64,000 bases of DNA from Candidatus Aminicenantales bacterium (GTDB lineage Bacteria > Acidobacteriota > Aminicenantia > Aminicenantales > UBA8522): positions 4,377-68,376 of the forward strand of contig JBAUIH010000022.1 in assembly GCA_049682755.1 (NCBI GenBank). The letters are read 5' to 3'. Positions 45,298-55,496 of the stretch are shown here, piece after piece; the first letter of the stretch is position 1; the number at the start of each line of letters is the position of its first letter. The notes beneath the pieces were generated by a model. It made no database searches and was not told the DNA's origin. It saw only the letters and a list, made by a program, of their open reading frames with translations. The position numbers and the translations under genes were made by a program.

Positions 45298-47442
45298 TCA
45301 ACTGGAATCGCGGGCGCATTTCGGCCGGGCCAGCAGAAAAAGGAGACAGATCGCGTTCAGGACGATCACCGATTCGAGGACATGGGCTTGGCCTGCCAAG
45401 GGAATGAGCAGGGAGGATGTCAGTAACGCGCCGGCGAAGGACCCGATGAGGTCGAAGCCGTAGCCGCGCCCGTAATCCGCTCTGGTCCGAAGAAAAATCA
45501 AATTGGAAACGACAAAAAGACGACCACCCAGGCAACCGAACAACAGCAGGAGAAGATAGGCAAGGAATTCCGGAGGATGAGTTGGGAGGAGAAGCCGGAA
45601 TGTGCCCAGCAGGGCCAGAAAGGAGGCTTGGACGGCAGCCAGCCGGCCGAAGGTTGTGTTTTCGGGCCGGGATTTGAACAAAGCTCCGAGGAAAAGGCCG
45701 AGCATGAAAGTGGAAAGCAGGAGCGCCACGCGTCCATAGAGATAGCCGTACAGGGACTGGAACCAGACGAGGAGGACGATCTCAGCGACGATCGTGGTCA
45801 GGCCCATCACGGCCAGAGGAATCAAGCTGAAACTCGTCTCTTTTTTTTTCGCCCAAAGAACCGCGAGGAAAAGAGAGAAAAGGAGGAGCGGACACCCGAG
45901 AAGCCAGACCGGCGGCAGCCCGGACAAGATCCGCATGATCGTGCCCTCCGGTCCCCGGAAATGTGTGCTCCAGAGGGATGCCTGAAGGAAAAAACTGATA
46001 GGAGTGAGATCCGTGTTGATCCGGCGGGGGCCTGAGGCGAGCATTTCATTCAGGTATTCGATCCGGAGCGGGTGAAGGCGGGATTCGAGGGATCTGGTTT
46101 CGAGGTGTCGGACGGACAGTCCGAAATCGGCGATCCGGCGGCTCAGTTCCGCGGGATCGATAGTCAGGCTGTTCGAGGAGGCCAAAAAAATGTTCCGGCT
46201 TCCCGGCACAACCTTGACCTCGCGGAAAACATGCGTCAGCGTGGAATATAAAGAAGAGAGCAGCTTTCTGAGTTCCGGACCGATGACGTTCTCAGAGGAG
46301 GTTGCCGAGAAGGAAAAAACGCCGTCGGAGCGAAGATGTCTCCTGGCCAGATCGAAGAATTCCCGGGTGTAGAACCTGTTGATCTGGGCCGTGGCCGGTT
46401 CCGGAAGGTTGAGGATGATGACCTCGTATTCATCGCTGGATCTTTTGAGAAAGGCTCTCCCGTCCTGGGAGAAGATCCGGACTCTTGCCGAGGTGAGAAT
46501 GTCCCGTCTTGTGTCGCCCAGGAATCGGCTGGACATCCGGATGATCTCGGGGTCGAGTTCGACGGCGTCAACCCGGACATCGGGATACTTCAAAACCTCC
46601 TCGAGCGCCTGGCTCTCGCTTCCTCCGATGAGAAGGACGTGGCGGGCTGTTGGATTCTGGAGCATGGCAAAATGCACGGATTCTTCGGCGGAGGCGATGT
46701 CGGGATAAGAGAAAACGGGTGAATTGTTGCTGTAGAGGCTGATCTGTTCCCGAGTCTTGACAACTTGGAGCCGGCCATAGAGGGAATCACGGCTGGCGAG
46801 GAGCCGGAAGGGCTGCCAGTGGAGTCTTTGAACCGGTAGGTCGGCCAGGCCGAATCCGGCCAGCGCAACGAATAAAGTTGCGGTCCAGATCAGGGAAGGC
46901 CGGCGCTCGCCCGAGCAATACACCAGGAGGAAGACCAGCCCACTGACCGCCGCTGCCGCGACCCACGAGGAGGCAAAAAGAATCAAGCCGATATAAACCG
47001 CCGGGCCTGCCGCCACGGCTCCCCAGGATTCCCATATATAAACACGTTTGATATCGCCGTTCTGATGGTTGACATTGACGACAAACAGGGCCCCGAGGGG
47101 AAAGCCGACCAGGGCACAAATCCCGAAGGATATCAGGATAACCGGAAGCAAGCCTACGAGTTCTCCGGGCAAGAGCCGAAAAAGCAAACGCGAGAGCCTG
47201 ACGGCCGTGAGCGCGAGGGGAAAGGCAAGGATAATAAAGAAATAGACCACGGTCAGGTCGGGTAACGACCGCATTCTTCCCGCCGTCAGGCTGCCCAGCC
47301 CGCTCCAGAGGAGCCAGGAGGCCAGCACGATGCCGAAGGTCAGTTCGTTGCCGTAAAAATAGGCGTTGAATTCGCGAAGGAGGAAGATCTGGAGAGAGGT
47401 GGCCAGAAGGCCAAGAGAAAAAGCGGGGAGGTTTTTTCTCAA
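45298..47442 (-). CDS. Polytopic membrane protein with embedded spermidine-synthase-like (aminopropyltransferase-fold) domain
   Basis: TM helices at both ends. Central domain VLLIGGSESQALEEVLKYPDVRVDAVELDPEIIRMSSRFL...YEVIILNLPEPATAQINRFYTREFF resembles SpeE. The likely start is a TTG/CTG near 47442-47448 overlapping the radical SAM stop (TTGA). The listed ORF extends to 47817. Confidence 0.55.
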   Translation of the reverse strand: MRKNLPAFSLGLLATSLQIFLLREFNAYFYGNELTFGIVLASWLLWSGLGSLTAGRMRSLPDLTVVYFFIILAFPLALTAVRLSRLLFRLLPGELVGLLPVILISFGICALVGFPLGALFVVNVNHQNGDIKRVYIWESWGAVAAGPAVYIGLILFASSWVAAAAVSGLVFLLVYCSGERRPSLIWTATLFVALAGFGLADLPVQRLHWQPFRLLASRDSLYGRLQVVKTREQISLYSNNSPVFSYPDIASAEESVHFAMLQNPTARHVLLIGGSESQALEEVLKYPDVRVDAVELDPEIIRMSSRFLGDTRRDILTSARVRIFSQDGRAFLKRSSDEYEVIILNLPEPATAQINRFYTREFFDLARRHLRSDGVFSFSATSSENVIGPELRKLLSSLYSTLTHVFREVKVVPGSRNIFLASSNSLTIDPAELSRRIADFGLSVRHLETRSLESRLHPLRIEYLNEMLASGPRRINTDLTPISFFLQASLWSTHFRGPEGTIMRILSGLPPVWLLGCPLLLFSLFLAVLWAKKKETSFSLIPLAVMGLTTIVAEIVLLVWFQSLYGYLYGRVALLLSTFMLGLFLGALFKSRPENTTFGRLAAVQASFLALLGTFRLLLPTHPPEFLAYLLLLLFGCLGGRLFVVSNLIFLRTRADYGRGYGFDLIGSFAGALLTSSLLIPLAGQAHVLESVIVLNAICLLFLLARPKCARDSS

Positions 47443-48560
47443 GCCCAGATTCCGGGTATGGGATTGCGGCAAAACCGGCAGGCCCCCTTTTCCAAATGGA
47501 CACTTTTGAGCTGGAGTCCGAACCGTTCGATGATCGTTTTCCCGCAGCGGGGGCACTCTGTGTTCTCCGCCTCGTGCCCGGGGACATTGCCGATATAGAC
47601 ATAGTGAAGCCCCTCCCGGATGGCGACGGCGCGGAGGGCCTCGAGCGTTGAAATAGGAGTGGGCGGAAGGTTTTTCATCAGGTACATGGGCTGAAAGCGG
47701 CTGAAGTGAAGGGGAACATCGGGGCCGATCTCCCGCCTCATCCAGCGGCACATGGCTTCGATATCCTTGACGCTGTCGTTGAGCGTCGGAATGACGAGAT
47801 AAACGATCTCCAGCCAAATCTTGCTGCTCTGCACTTCCCGGATGGCGTCGAGCACGGGCTGGAGCTCACCCCGGACGTAAGCGGTGTAAAAATCCTGGCG
47901 GAAGGCCTTGAGGTCGATCTTGACGGCATCGACGACCTTGAGGAGATCCCGGAGCGGCTCGGGCCGGATATGGCCGCCCGTCACCACGCAGTTCTTGATC
48001 CCTTTTTGGCGTGCCGCCAAAGAAGAATCATACATGTATTCGAAAAAGACGACAGGTTCGGTGTAGGTATAAGCGATCGAGGCGCAGCGGTATTTCAGAG
48101 CGGCCGCGGCCACGCCTTCGGGAGGAAGGTCGAAATGCGGAATCTGCTCGGGACGGGCCTGGGAAATCTGCCAGTTCTGGCAGAACTTGCAGTTCAGGTT
48201 GCAGCCGGCCGTGGCGATCGAAAAAGCGTCGCTGCCCGGCAAAACATGGAAGAACGGCTTCTTCTCGATCGGATCAACATTGGCCGAGCAGGCTTTGCCA
48301 TAGACAAGAGTGTAGTAGGTTCCGCCGTCGTTCTGCCGGACCCCGCAGTAGCCCCTCTCTTTGTCTCCGAGCTTGCAAAGCCGGGGGCAAAGGAAACACT
48401 CGATCTCCCGGTCGGGGAGTTTCCTGTAATACCGGGCTTCGACATGAGAGAGATTGGCGACATCCTGGAAGGACAGGAACCGTCCGAAAGCTCCCCTTCC
48501 GCCTGTTCCCAGGAGCAATCCCGTCCCCGCCAGAGATTGACAGAACATCCGTCGTTTCAT
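47439..48560 (-). CDS. AmmeMemoRadiSam-type (PflA-like) radical SAM enzyme with Tat-like N-terminal leader
   Basis: CX3CX2C motif (AGCNLNCKFCQNW). Family-typical N-terminal cluster CFLCPRLC...GYCGVRQN with DPIEKKPFFH. C-terminal CPRCG...CRFCRNPIPG. N-terminus MKRRMFCQSLAGTGLLLGTGGRGAFG. Confidence 0.65.
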   Translation of the reverse strand: MKRRMFCQSLAGTGLLLGTGGRGAFGRFLSFQDVANLSHVEARYYRKLPDREIECFLCPRLCKLGDKERGYCGVRQNDGGTYYTLVYGKACSANVDPIEKKPFFHVLPGSDAFSIATAGCNLNCKFCQNWQISQARPEQIPHFDLPPEGVAAAALKYRCASIAYTYTEPVVFFEYMYDSSLAARQKGIKNCVVTGGHIRPEPLRDLLKVVDAVKIDLKAFRQDFYTAYVRGELQPVLDAIREVQSSKIWLEIVYLVIPTLNDSVKDIEAMCRWMRREIGPDVPLHFSRFQPMYLMKNLPPTPISTLEALRAVAIREGLHYVYIGNVPGHEAENTECPRCGKTIIERFGLQLKSVHLEKGACRFCRNPIPGIWA

Positions 48561-48581
48561 GCCGAGCGCTTCTTCCTCAAA

Positions 48582-49547
48582 TTATATCTCATCCTCGGTG
48601 ATTTGGATGTTTTCAACGCCGGAGCGGCCGAGGCCGATCGCCTCGGCTGCTTTCAGGTAAGTCGGCTGGCGGCCTTCCTCCCGGAGCGAAGGAAGACCCC
48701 GGTTCGACCGCAGCTTTTCCACCAGACGCCAGCCCACCGCGTCGGCGGCCACCGGGTCCAGGCTGAAGATGAGCCGGCCGCAGGGCTCTGCCCAACGGGA
48801 ATGGTAGGACGGACCGCGATGGAACTGGACGAGTAGAGCGTCCAGGATGGAGAGCCGATGTTTCTGCTTCACCAGGGGAGCGTCAAAGAGCTCGGCGATA
48901 TATGGATCGCAGTGATCATCGTGATACTTATTGGGGTTATGGATGGCACCGAAATAGTTTTTCATCCCGGCGGTGATGCCGGCCAGGCCATGGTCCTTGA
49001 GGATCGCCAGGCTGATCGAGGCGGTCACGAAATTTGTCTGAATGGTCGAAAAGAGACTGCCGATATTCAGATGAGAGACAGGCTCGGTCTCGTACCCTGC
49101 TCCGGCGGTGTCGGTCGCGAAAACCTTGAGTCCGTTCGAGCTATCGGAAAGACGATACCCCGCTTCCCTCAGCTCGCGGTTTGTCCTGTCCCAGATGAGG
49201 ATGTTCCTTTCAGAGACGATGCTTCCGGAGAGAAGTCTGGCCAAAGCCAAAGAGAGCTCGGGGCGGGTCGAGATCATGCGCCCGCCGATGGTGCTGATCT
49301 TGATCCCGACGCGGTCCTTTCTGGAAAAAAGCCCGGCCAGGCCGTCCAGCGCCCGATCGGTACCGGTCAGATGCCGGATTCCCAGCTCAAGCATGGCGGC
49401 GATCCTGGTTCCGTCGATCTCTCCGCCCCGGCCGAGCACTCCCATCCCTCTGATCACGACGACCTTGGATCTGTCCATTCTTCTATCAAAGTACATGTCT
49501 CCTGATGAGCTGTCAACCGTGAATCCCCGTCGCCTGAAATTTGCCAA
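48582..49547 (-). CDS. DUF362-family protein
   Basis: Region LKDHGLAGITAGMKNYFGAIHNP resembles DUF362. The start may be an internal Met at about 49478-49496. Confidence 0.5.
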   Translation of the reverse strand: MANFRRRGFTVDSSSGDMYFDRRMDRSKVVVIRGMGVLGRGGEIDGTRIAAMLELGIRHLTGTDRALDGLAGLFSRKDRVGIKISTIGGRMISTRPELSLALARLLSGSIVSERNILIWDRTNRELREAGYRLSDSSNGLKVFATDTAGAGYETEPVSHLNIGSLFSTIQTNFVTASISLAILKDHGLAGITAGMKNYFGAIHNPNKYHDDHCDPYIAELFDAPLVKQKHRLSILDALLVQFHRGPSYHSRWAEPCGRLIFSLDPVAADAVGWRLVEKLRSNRGLPSLREEGRQPTYLKAAEAIGLGRSGVENIQITEDEI

Positions 49548-49568
49548 AGATCCGGCGTTATAGTACAG

Positions 49569-50501
49569 TTGAAACGAATAGAGAAAACGGAGGGCATCAT
49601 GAGCGCAAAGACAGCGAAGCGCGTCATTCTCCTGATCTGGACGCTTTTCTGGTTATGCTCCGCATTCGGGCAGGAGACTTCGCCGCCTTCTCTTCAAACC
49701 CTCCTGCCCAAACTGCCCGGATGGTCTCTTTCCGAGGATCCCCGTGTCTTTTCCCCCGGTTCCCTTTTTGAGTACATCAACGGGGCGGCGGAGAATTATC
49801 TCAGCTATGGTTTTCAAGAACTCTTGGTGGGGGATTACAAGAAGGATGAATCAGCGGCCACTCTGACGGTCGAGATTTATGATATGGGCGAAGGGACCCG
49901 CGCCTTCGGCATCTACAGTTCGGAGCGGTATCCGGAGAGCCGCTTTCTGGGCATCGGGAGCCAGGGGTATCTGGAAGAGGGATCGCTCAACTTTATCGTC
50001 GGCGGCTATTATGTCAAGCTCCTCTGTTTCGACTGCGGGGAAGAGTCCGAGCCCATTCTCAAGTCGGCTGCTGAACAGGTGGAAACTCAAGTTGCAGTCA
50101 AGGCCCAGCTGCCCCCTCTGCTCCGTCTTTTTCCGCGTGAAGGGTTGGTCATCAACAGTGAAAAGTTCATCCTCCAGAATGTCCTCGGGTTCGGATTCCT
50201 CCATCACGGCTACCTGGCCGATTACCGCACTCAGGACCAGGAATTCGGCCTGTTCATTATCCAGGGCACCAGTTCCCAGGAAGCTAAGGATATGCTCGGC
50301 CAATACTTGGAGAGCCAGCGAAAGGCGGGCCAGCCTCCCCAGACAATGTCCGATGGTTATTTGGTCAGAGACCGCTATTCCCACAATGTTTTCCTGGCGC
50401 TTTCAGGGAACTTGATTCTCGGGGTGATGAGAATCAAGGACGGACATGAGGAACTGGGCAAAAAATACCTTCAGCGGCTTGTTCAGGCTGTGACCAGCTG
50501 A
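49569..50501 (+). CDS. Secreted hypothetical protein
   Basis: Signal peptide (AKRVILLIWTLFWLCSAFGQ). No recognisable domain. Divergent from the DUF362 gene. Confidence 0.35.
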   Translation: MKRIEKTEGIMSAKTAKRVILLIWTLFWLCSAFGQETSPPSLQTLLPKLPGWSLSEDPRVFSPGSLFEYINGAAENYLSYGFQELLVGDYKKDESAATLTVEIYDMGEGTRAFGIYSSERYPESRFLGIGSQGYLEEGSLNFIVGGYYVKLLCFDCGEESEPILKSAAEQVETQVAVKAQLPPLLRLFPREGLVINSEKFILQNVLGFGFLHHGYLADYRTQDQEFGLFIIQGTSSQEAKDMLGQYLESQRKAGQPPQTMSDGYLVRDRYSHNVFLALSGNLILGVMRIKDGHEELGKKYLQRLVQAVTS

Positions 50502-50591
50502 GTCCGCCGTCGGGAGACTCCGAAGAGGCGGGACACGAGTGGTGCGTCTCGCCAATCACTTGGCTTTAAAACGATCCCTAAAGACGGGACA

Positions 50592-50966
50592 CTAGGCCTG
50601 CTTTCCCGGCGGGTGCATCTCCAGAAACGCCTTCAACCTCTGGAACTCAGGTCCCAGGGCGCCGATCGCTTCCCGGGCTCTATCCAAGTTTTTCTCCCCC
50701 CCGGCCGTTTCGATGGCCAGTCCGAGCTTTTGGAGCGGGATGAGGCTGAGGTTTGCCGAGGCCCCCTTGAGGCTGTGTCCAACTTCCTGAATCTGAGTGG
50801 AATCTCCCCGGGAGAGGGCCTTTTCAAGGAGTTCCTTTTTTTCATCGAATTCATGAAAATAGAGGTTGAGGAGGTCCTGGAGAAACGAGGTGTCCCCGCC
50901 GATTCTGTCAAGAACGGCTGAAAAATCAATGGGTTGATCGGCTTCAAGTTGGATGGTCTCAGACAT
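50592..50966 (-). CDS. Hpt (histidine phosphotransfer) domain protein
   Basis: The HSLKGASANL motif contains the phospho-accepting His. The start MSETIQLE at 50966 is preceded by AGGAG and overlaps the receiver-GGDEF stop. Confidence 0.6.
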   Translation of the reverse strand: MSETIQLEADQPIDFSAVLDRIGGDTSFLQDLLNLYFHEFDEKKELLEKALSRGDSTQIQEVGHSLKGASANLSLIPLQKLGLAIETAGGEKNLDRAREAIGALGPEFQRLKAFLEMHPPGKQA

Positions 50967-51900
50967 GGTTACGCTCCTGACTCCGACTGGATATGCCATT
51001 GGCCACGATATGGCAGTTGCGTCCCTGGCGTTTGGCCTTAAGCAACGCCTCATCGGCGACCTTGATGAATTTCTCGGCGCTGAGAATCCCGGCGACGTCC
51101 GTGGAGGCGCAGCCGGCGGAGATGGTCAGGAGGACCTTGTCCAGATCTTTTTTGATCCCCTTCTTAGCGACGGACTGGCGGAGCCGTTCGGCGACCTTGA
51201 TGATCTTCGAAGAACTGCAGCGAGGAAGGATGATCATGATCTCGTCCCCGCCGTAGCGCCCGATTTTGTCGGATTTCCTGATTTTCCTTTTGATTCTGGA
51301 AACCACCTGGAGGAGAGCCTGATCTCCGATATCGTGACCGTAAAAATCATTGATCCTTTTGAAATGGTCGATATCCAGCAGGATCACTCCCGTAGGCACC
51401 CCTTCTCTCTTGCCCCGGTCCAGTTCTTCTGTCAGGAACTTGGTGGTCTCGCTGCGGTTCCAGATTTTCGTCAGGCCGTCCCGGCTGGCGATATCTTTGA
51501 GCTGTCTCTGGACGGCAAGCAATTTGTCTTCGAGATCGATAATCCGTCTTCCTGTCTGGAGGCGGGCCCGCAGCTCCAGGAAGTCGACGGGTTTGGTCAT
51601 GTAATCATCTGCCCCGGAGGAAAGCCCGGTGATGATATCCTGCCTGCGGTCCTTGGCGCTGAGAATGATGATATATGTATACTTGTATTTCTTGCGGCGG
51701 CGGATCTTGCGGCAGACCTCGATCCCGTCTATTCCCGGCATCATCCAGTCCAGAAGCGCCATGCGGAGTTCTTGGTCCTGCAGCGCTTCCCAGGCTTCGG
51801 CTCCGCTACGCGCGGTGACGACGAGGTAGCCCCAGTTCAGCAGGTTTTTCTGCAGAATTTTCGAGCTGATAAGGTCGTCTTCGGCGATCAGGATTTTCAT
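50959..51900 (-). CDS. Response regulator with receiver and GGDEF (diguanylate cyclase) domains
   Basis: Receiver region KILIAEDD...[16 protein letters not shown] active site [13 protein letters not shown] overlap with the histidine kinase gene. Confidence 0.85.
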   Translation of the reverse strand: MKILIAEDDLISSKILQKNLLNWGYLVVTARSGAEAWEALQDQELRMALLDWMMPGIDGIEVCRKIRRRKKYKYTYIIILSAKDRRQDIITGLSSGADDYMTKPVDFLELRARLQTGRRIIDLEDKLLAVQRQLKDIASRDGLTKIWNRSETTKFLTEELDRGKREGVPTGVILLDIDHFKRINDFYGHDIGDQALLQVVSRIKRKIRKSDKIGRYGGDEIMIILPRCSSSKIIKVAERLRQSVAKKGIKKDLDKVLLTISAGCASTDVAGILSAEKFIKVADEALLKAKRQGRNCHIVANGISSRSQERNHV

Positions 51901-54900
51901 GGGCTTCCCCGCTCCGGTTTCTTTCTAAGCTCTTTTCCGGGCGTGGATTCCGCCGACGGACTCGCAGACGGCTCGCCGGGCACTGAGTACCGGCCCATCG
52001 TTAGAGAGATCGTCTCTGCAAGCTGCTTGGCGTTGAGCGGCTTGGTGATATATTCGTCCATCCCGACCTCCAGGCATCTTTCCCGGTCTCCTTTCATTGC
52101 GTGGGCGGTCATGGCGATGATCGGGATGTGGGTTCCGGCTGCTTTTTCCTTGACCCTGATTTCCTGGGTGGCCTTGAGCCCATCCATTTTCGGCATCTGC
52201 ACATCCATCAGGATGAGCTCGAAGTTCCCCTTCTCCAGGGCGTTCAGGGCTTCTTCTCCGTTCATCACCCCCGTCGCCTGATGACCCTGCTTTTCAAGCA
52301 TATAGAGGGCCACCTTCTGGTTGACCAGGTTGTCCTCGGCAATCAGGACGCGATAGGTTTGCCGGCTTGGAGCGGGCGTCGCCTCTGAGCCAGAGATCGT
52401 CTGCATCTCGGGCTTGGCTGACATCCCGAGGACAGAGAGCATGGCGCTCCTGAGCTCAGACGGCTTGATCGGTTTTCCCAGGTGTGAGGAGATGCCCACC
52501 TTGAGCCAGGGAGCGGCATCGATCCGGTTGCCGGTTTTGCTCATCATCATGATGATGGATTTGGAGATCTCTGGGTTGTCCTTGAGATAATCCAGCATGA
52601 TAAAACTGTCGTGCCCGGGGAGGTTGGCGTCGAGGAGAATGAGCTCGAAGGGCCTGTTTCTCTCTTTGGCAGCGTCCAGGATGATTGTGGCCTCGTCGGC
52701 GCTTTCCGCTTCTTTGACCGTGATCCCCCAGCGAGCGGCCCATTCGCCGAGAGTGCGCCGGGAACTCGCGTTGTCCTCAATCAGGAGCATGGGGAGGTTG
52801 CTGAACATGGCTTTGGACGCGGCGAGCGCCGCCCTGCTTTTTTCCTGGGGAGATGTGAACAGGGCGGTGAAATGGAATTGGCTGCCTTGCCCGACCTTGC
52901 TCTCGACCCAGATCCGACCGCCGAGCAATTCGACGAGCTGCAGGGAAATGGCCAGCCCGAGGCCGGAGCCGCCGTATTTTCTGGTCATCGAGCTGTCGGC
53001 CTGGGCAAAAACGTCGAAAATGAGCCTCCTTTTGTCTTCGGGAATACCAATCCCGGTGTCGGCGATAATGAAGTGAAACAGGAGGGCATCGTTCGATCTC
53101 GCTTCTTCTTGGACGGAGACGACCACCTCGCCTTTTTCAGTAAACTTGATGGCGTTGCTGACCAGGTTGATCAGGATCTGGCGAAGCCGGCCGGGATCGC
53201 CGAGGAGGTTCAATTCCAGGTGTGGAGGAATGGAGCAGACAAGATCGAGCCTGTTTCGGTGCGCCTGAATGGCCAGGGGAGCCAGGATTTCGTAGATGAG
53301 ATCTTCCAGGTTGAACGGCGTCGTCTCGATCTCCACCTTGCGGGCCTCGATCTTCGAGAAATCGAGGATATCATTGATCAGGGTCATCATGGATTCGGCC
53401 GAGGACTTGATTCCCCGGAGGTATTCCCGCTGTTCCGGTGTCAGCTCCGTATCGAGAGCCAGCTCGGTCATGCCCAGAATGCCGTTCATCGGTGTCCGGA
53501 TCTCATGACTGATATTGGCCAGGAAGTCGCTCTTGGCCTGGCTGGCCTCCAGCGCCTCTTTGCGGATCCTGACAAGCTCCGATACATCCACCAAGTTGAA
53601 GATCAGTCCGCGGTACCGGTCGTCTTTGTAAACGGGCTTGATGCGGAAGATAATCTCCTTGTTCTCCATCGTCTTCTGGATTTCGACCGGTGCCGCCGGC
53701 GGCGTCTGGCGAAATTTCTCAACAGAGGCCTTCAACTCAGGTTGGGCATCGCCGGGCAAGGCGTCCCACAGGGTTTGTCCCAGCAGCTGAGATTTCTCCT
53801 GCCCGAAGAAGCGGAGGAAATAATCATTGACCTCGATGATGCGGTCCTCGTCATCGGCGAAAATGACGCCTTCCTCGATGCCCGAGATGATGGCGGTCAG
53901 TTTATCGGATTCTTTTTTGATCGCCTCTTCCGCCCGTTTTCTGTTCAAAACCTCGACGAAGGCCGTGGCCAGGGCCTCAACGGCCTTCTGGTCGTCGCGA
54001 TCATATCCTCCATCCTTGTTGGCCAGGGCCATGACACCGAAAACCCTGCCCGAGTGCCTCAAGGGGACAACGAGAAGGTTCCGAATCTCGGGATGGCCGG
54101 CGGGAATCCCCACTTGGGCCGGATGGATTCTGGGGTTGTTGATCAGATGGGATCGTTCCTCCTTGAGGGCTTCCGCCCAGAGGCCCCGGATCTTCATGTT
54201 CTTGAGCAGAACAGGAGTCCGGGATTTGGGAATGGTGCAGGCATCCCATCCGGGATCGCTCAGCGAAAGAACGTCCAAGAGCCCAGAGTCGTTGAACTCC
54301 CCGATGAAACCGAACTGGCTGTCGGTGAGGTTTTCCGCGAGATGGAGGCACGAATCGGCGATTTTAGAATCGGGTTCGTCGCTGAAGGCCTTTTGAAGAA
54401 GTCTGTTGATGGCTTCCAGCAACATGTTCTGCTTCAGGATTTGTGTTTCGGCAAAGCGTCTTTCGGTGATATCCTTATCCATGCCTCGGTATCCGCGGAG
54501 CTGGTTCGCATCATCCAGGATGGGAAGAGCGTTCGTCTGGAGGCAGACGAGTTTTCCCTGCTTGCTCAAGTTCCAGTTCACCATGTCGACAAGGGGCTGT
54601 TTATCCAGGCAGAGCTGATGAAAGATCTGGCGGACCCGGGCGGCCTCGTTCTTGGGCATGAGGTCGAAAGGCGACTTACCGATGATCTCCTCGGCTTCAT
54701 AACCCAAGATCTGTTTGACCTGGCCCGAAGCAAAGGTATAGACTCCGTTATGGTTGACTTCCCAGATCCAGTCCGCGGAGCTCATGGCAATATCCTGAAA
54801 TCTTTTTTCGGAGGTCCTCAGGCTCTCCAGTATCCTTTTCTGGTCGGAAATATCGCGATAGATCCCGAAGATGGCTTCCACCTTGCCGTCCTCGACGATC

Positions 54901-55274
54901 GGTGAGGCAATGATCGAGACGGGCACGGCCCTCCCGTCCTTGCGGAGCCGGACGGATTCAAAAGCGGTTTTTTCTCCATTGACGACCCGGTGCGTGATCG
55001 AGGCGGCGGAACCGGCTTCTTCCGCGGGCACAATCAGGTTGTCGAGGACTTGACCGATGGTCTCATCAGGTTGGAAGCCGAAGATCCTGCAGAATTCGTC
55101 GTTCGCCCGGAGAATGCGCCCGTCCTTGTCGGCGATGATGATCCCCTCGGGCGCATTCTTGAAAAGGCTTTCGAAATAGGTCTTCTGGCGGAGAAACTGT
55201 TCCTGGAGCCCGTCTTCGTTCCCGGCGAATCCGGACTTGCCGGGCGTTTCCGGGTCGGTTTTCGGATGCGGCAT
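51897..55274 (-). CDS. Hybrid sensor histidine kinase (multiple PAS/GAF, HisKA, HATPase, two receiver domains)
   Basis: H-box [14 protein letters not shown]. ATPase G-box [10 protein letters not shown]. Two C-terminal receiver domains (LIEDN..., LIAEDN...DVQMPKMDG). 1125 aa. Confidence 0.85.
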   Translation of the reverse strand: MPHPKTDPETPGKSGFAGNEDGLQEQFLRQKTYFESLFKNAPEGIIIADKDGRILRANDEFCRIFGFQPDETIGQVLDNLIVPAEEAGSAASITHRVVNGEKTAFESVRLRKDGRAVPVSIIASPIVEDGKVEAIFGIYRDISDQKRILESLRTSEKRFQDIAMSSADWIWEVNHNGVYTFASGQVKQILGYEAEEIIGKSPFDLMPKNEAARVRQIFHQLCLDKQPLVDMVNWNLSKQGKLVCLQTNALPILDDANQLRGYRGMDKDITERRFAETQILKQNMLLEAINRLLQKAFSDEPDSKIADSCLHLAENLTDSQFGFIGEFNDSGLLDVLSLSDPGWDACTIPKSRTPVLLKNMKIRGLWAEALKEERSHLINNPRIHPAQVGIPAGHPEIRNLLVVPLRHSGRVFGVMALANKDGGYDRDDQKAVEALATAFVEVLNRKRAEEAIKKESDKLTAIISGIEEGVIFADDEDRIIEVNDYFLRFFGQEKSQLLGQTLWDALPGDAQPELKASVEKFRQTPPAAPVEIQKTMENKEIIFRIKPVYKDDRYRGLIFNLVDVSELVRIRKEALEASQAKSDFLANISHEIRTPMNGILGMTELALDTELTPEQREYLRGIKSSAESMMTLINDILDFSKIEARKVEIETTPFNLEDLIYEILAPLAIQAHRNRLDLVCSIPPHLELNLLGDPGRLRQILINLVSNAIKFTEKGEVVVSVQEEARSNDALLFHFIIADTGIGIPEDKRRLIFDVFAQADSSMTRKYGGSGLGLAISLQLVELLGGRIWVESKVGQGSQFHFTALFTSPQEKSRAALAASKAMFSNLPMLLIEDNASSRRTLGEWAARWGITVKEAESADEATIILDAAKERNRPFELILLDANLPGHDSFIMLDYLKDNPEISKSIIMMMSKTGNRIDAAPWLKVGISSHLGKPIKPSELRSAMLSVLGMSAKPEMQTISGSEATPAPSRQTYRVLIAEDNLVNQKVALYMLEKQGHQATGVMNGEEALNALEKGNFELILMDVQMPKMDGLKATQEIRVKEKAAGTHIPIIAMTAHAMKGDRERCLEVGMDEYITKPLNAKQLAETISLTMGRYSVPGEPSASPSAESTPGKELRKKPERGSP

Positions 55275-55469
55275 CTATGGTCCTTGCGCTCAATGAAGCG
55301 GACACGCCGATTCTAGCTTTATCCCGGCTGCGGTCAATCGCCTTTCCCGGTGAAAGCCGGGGTGAATTTCCCGTCTTGTCCTTCACCTCTGGCGGTGGGG
55401 AGGCCCCCTCCTCACCGACGGGAAGAAGGCAGGAATCTCCCCTCTCCGGGGAAGACGCGGATGTCCCTG

Positions 55470-55496
55470 TTCACAATTGAGGAGACGAGGTATAAT
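55470..55496 (+). promoter_or_regulatory. Candidate promoter TTCACA-15-TATAAT ending about 12 nt before the AI-2E transporter ATG (possibly a near-leaderless mRNA)
   Basis: A consensus TATAAT at 55491-55496 was read directly. The -35 is weak and the spacer is 15 nt. Confidence 0.25.

Noticed and set aside
49478-49547. Triple-arginine FRRRGF at the DUF362 N-terminus as a Tat signal
   Set aside because: No hydrophobic h-region follows (TVDSSSGDMYFDRR). The listed N-terminus is probably upstream of the real start.
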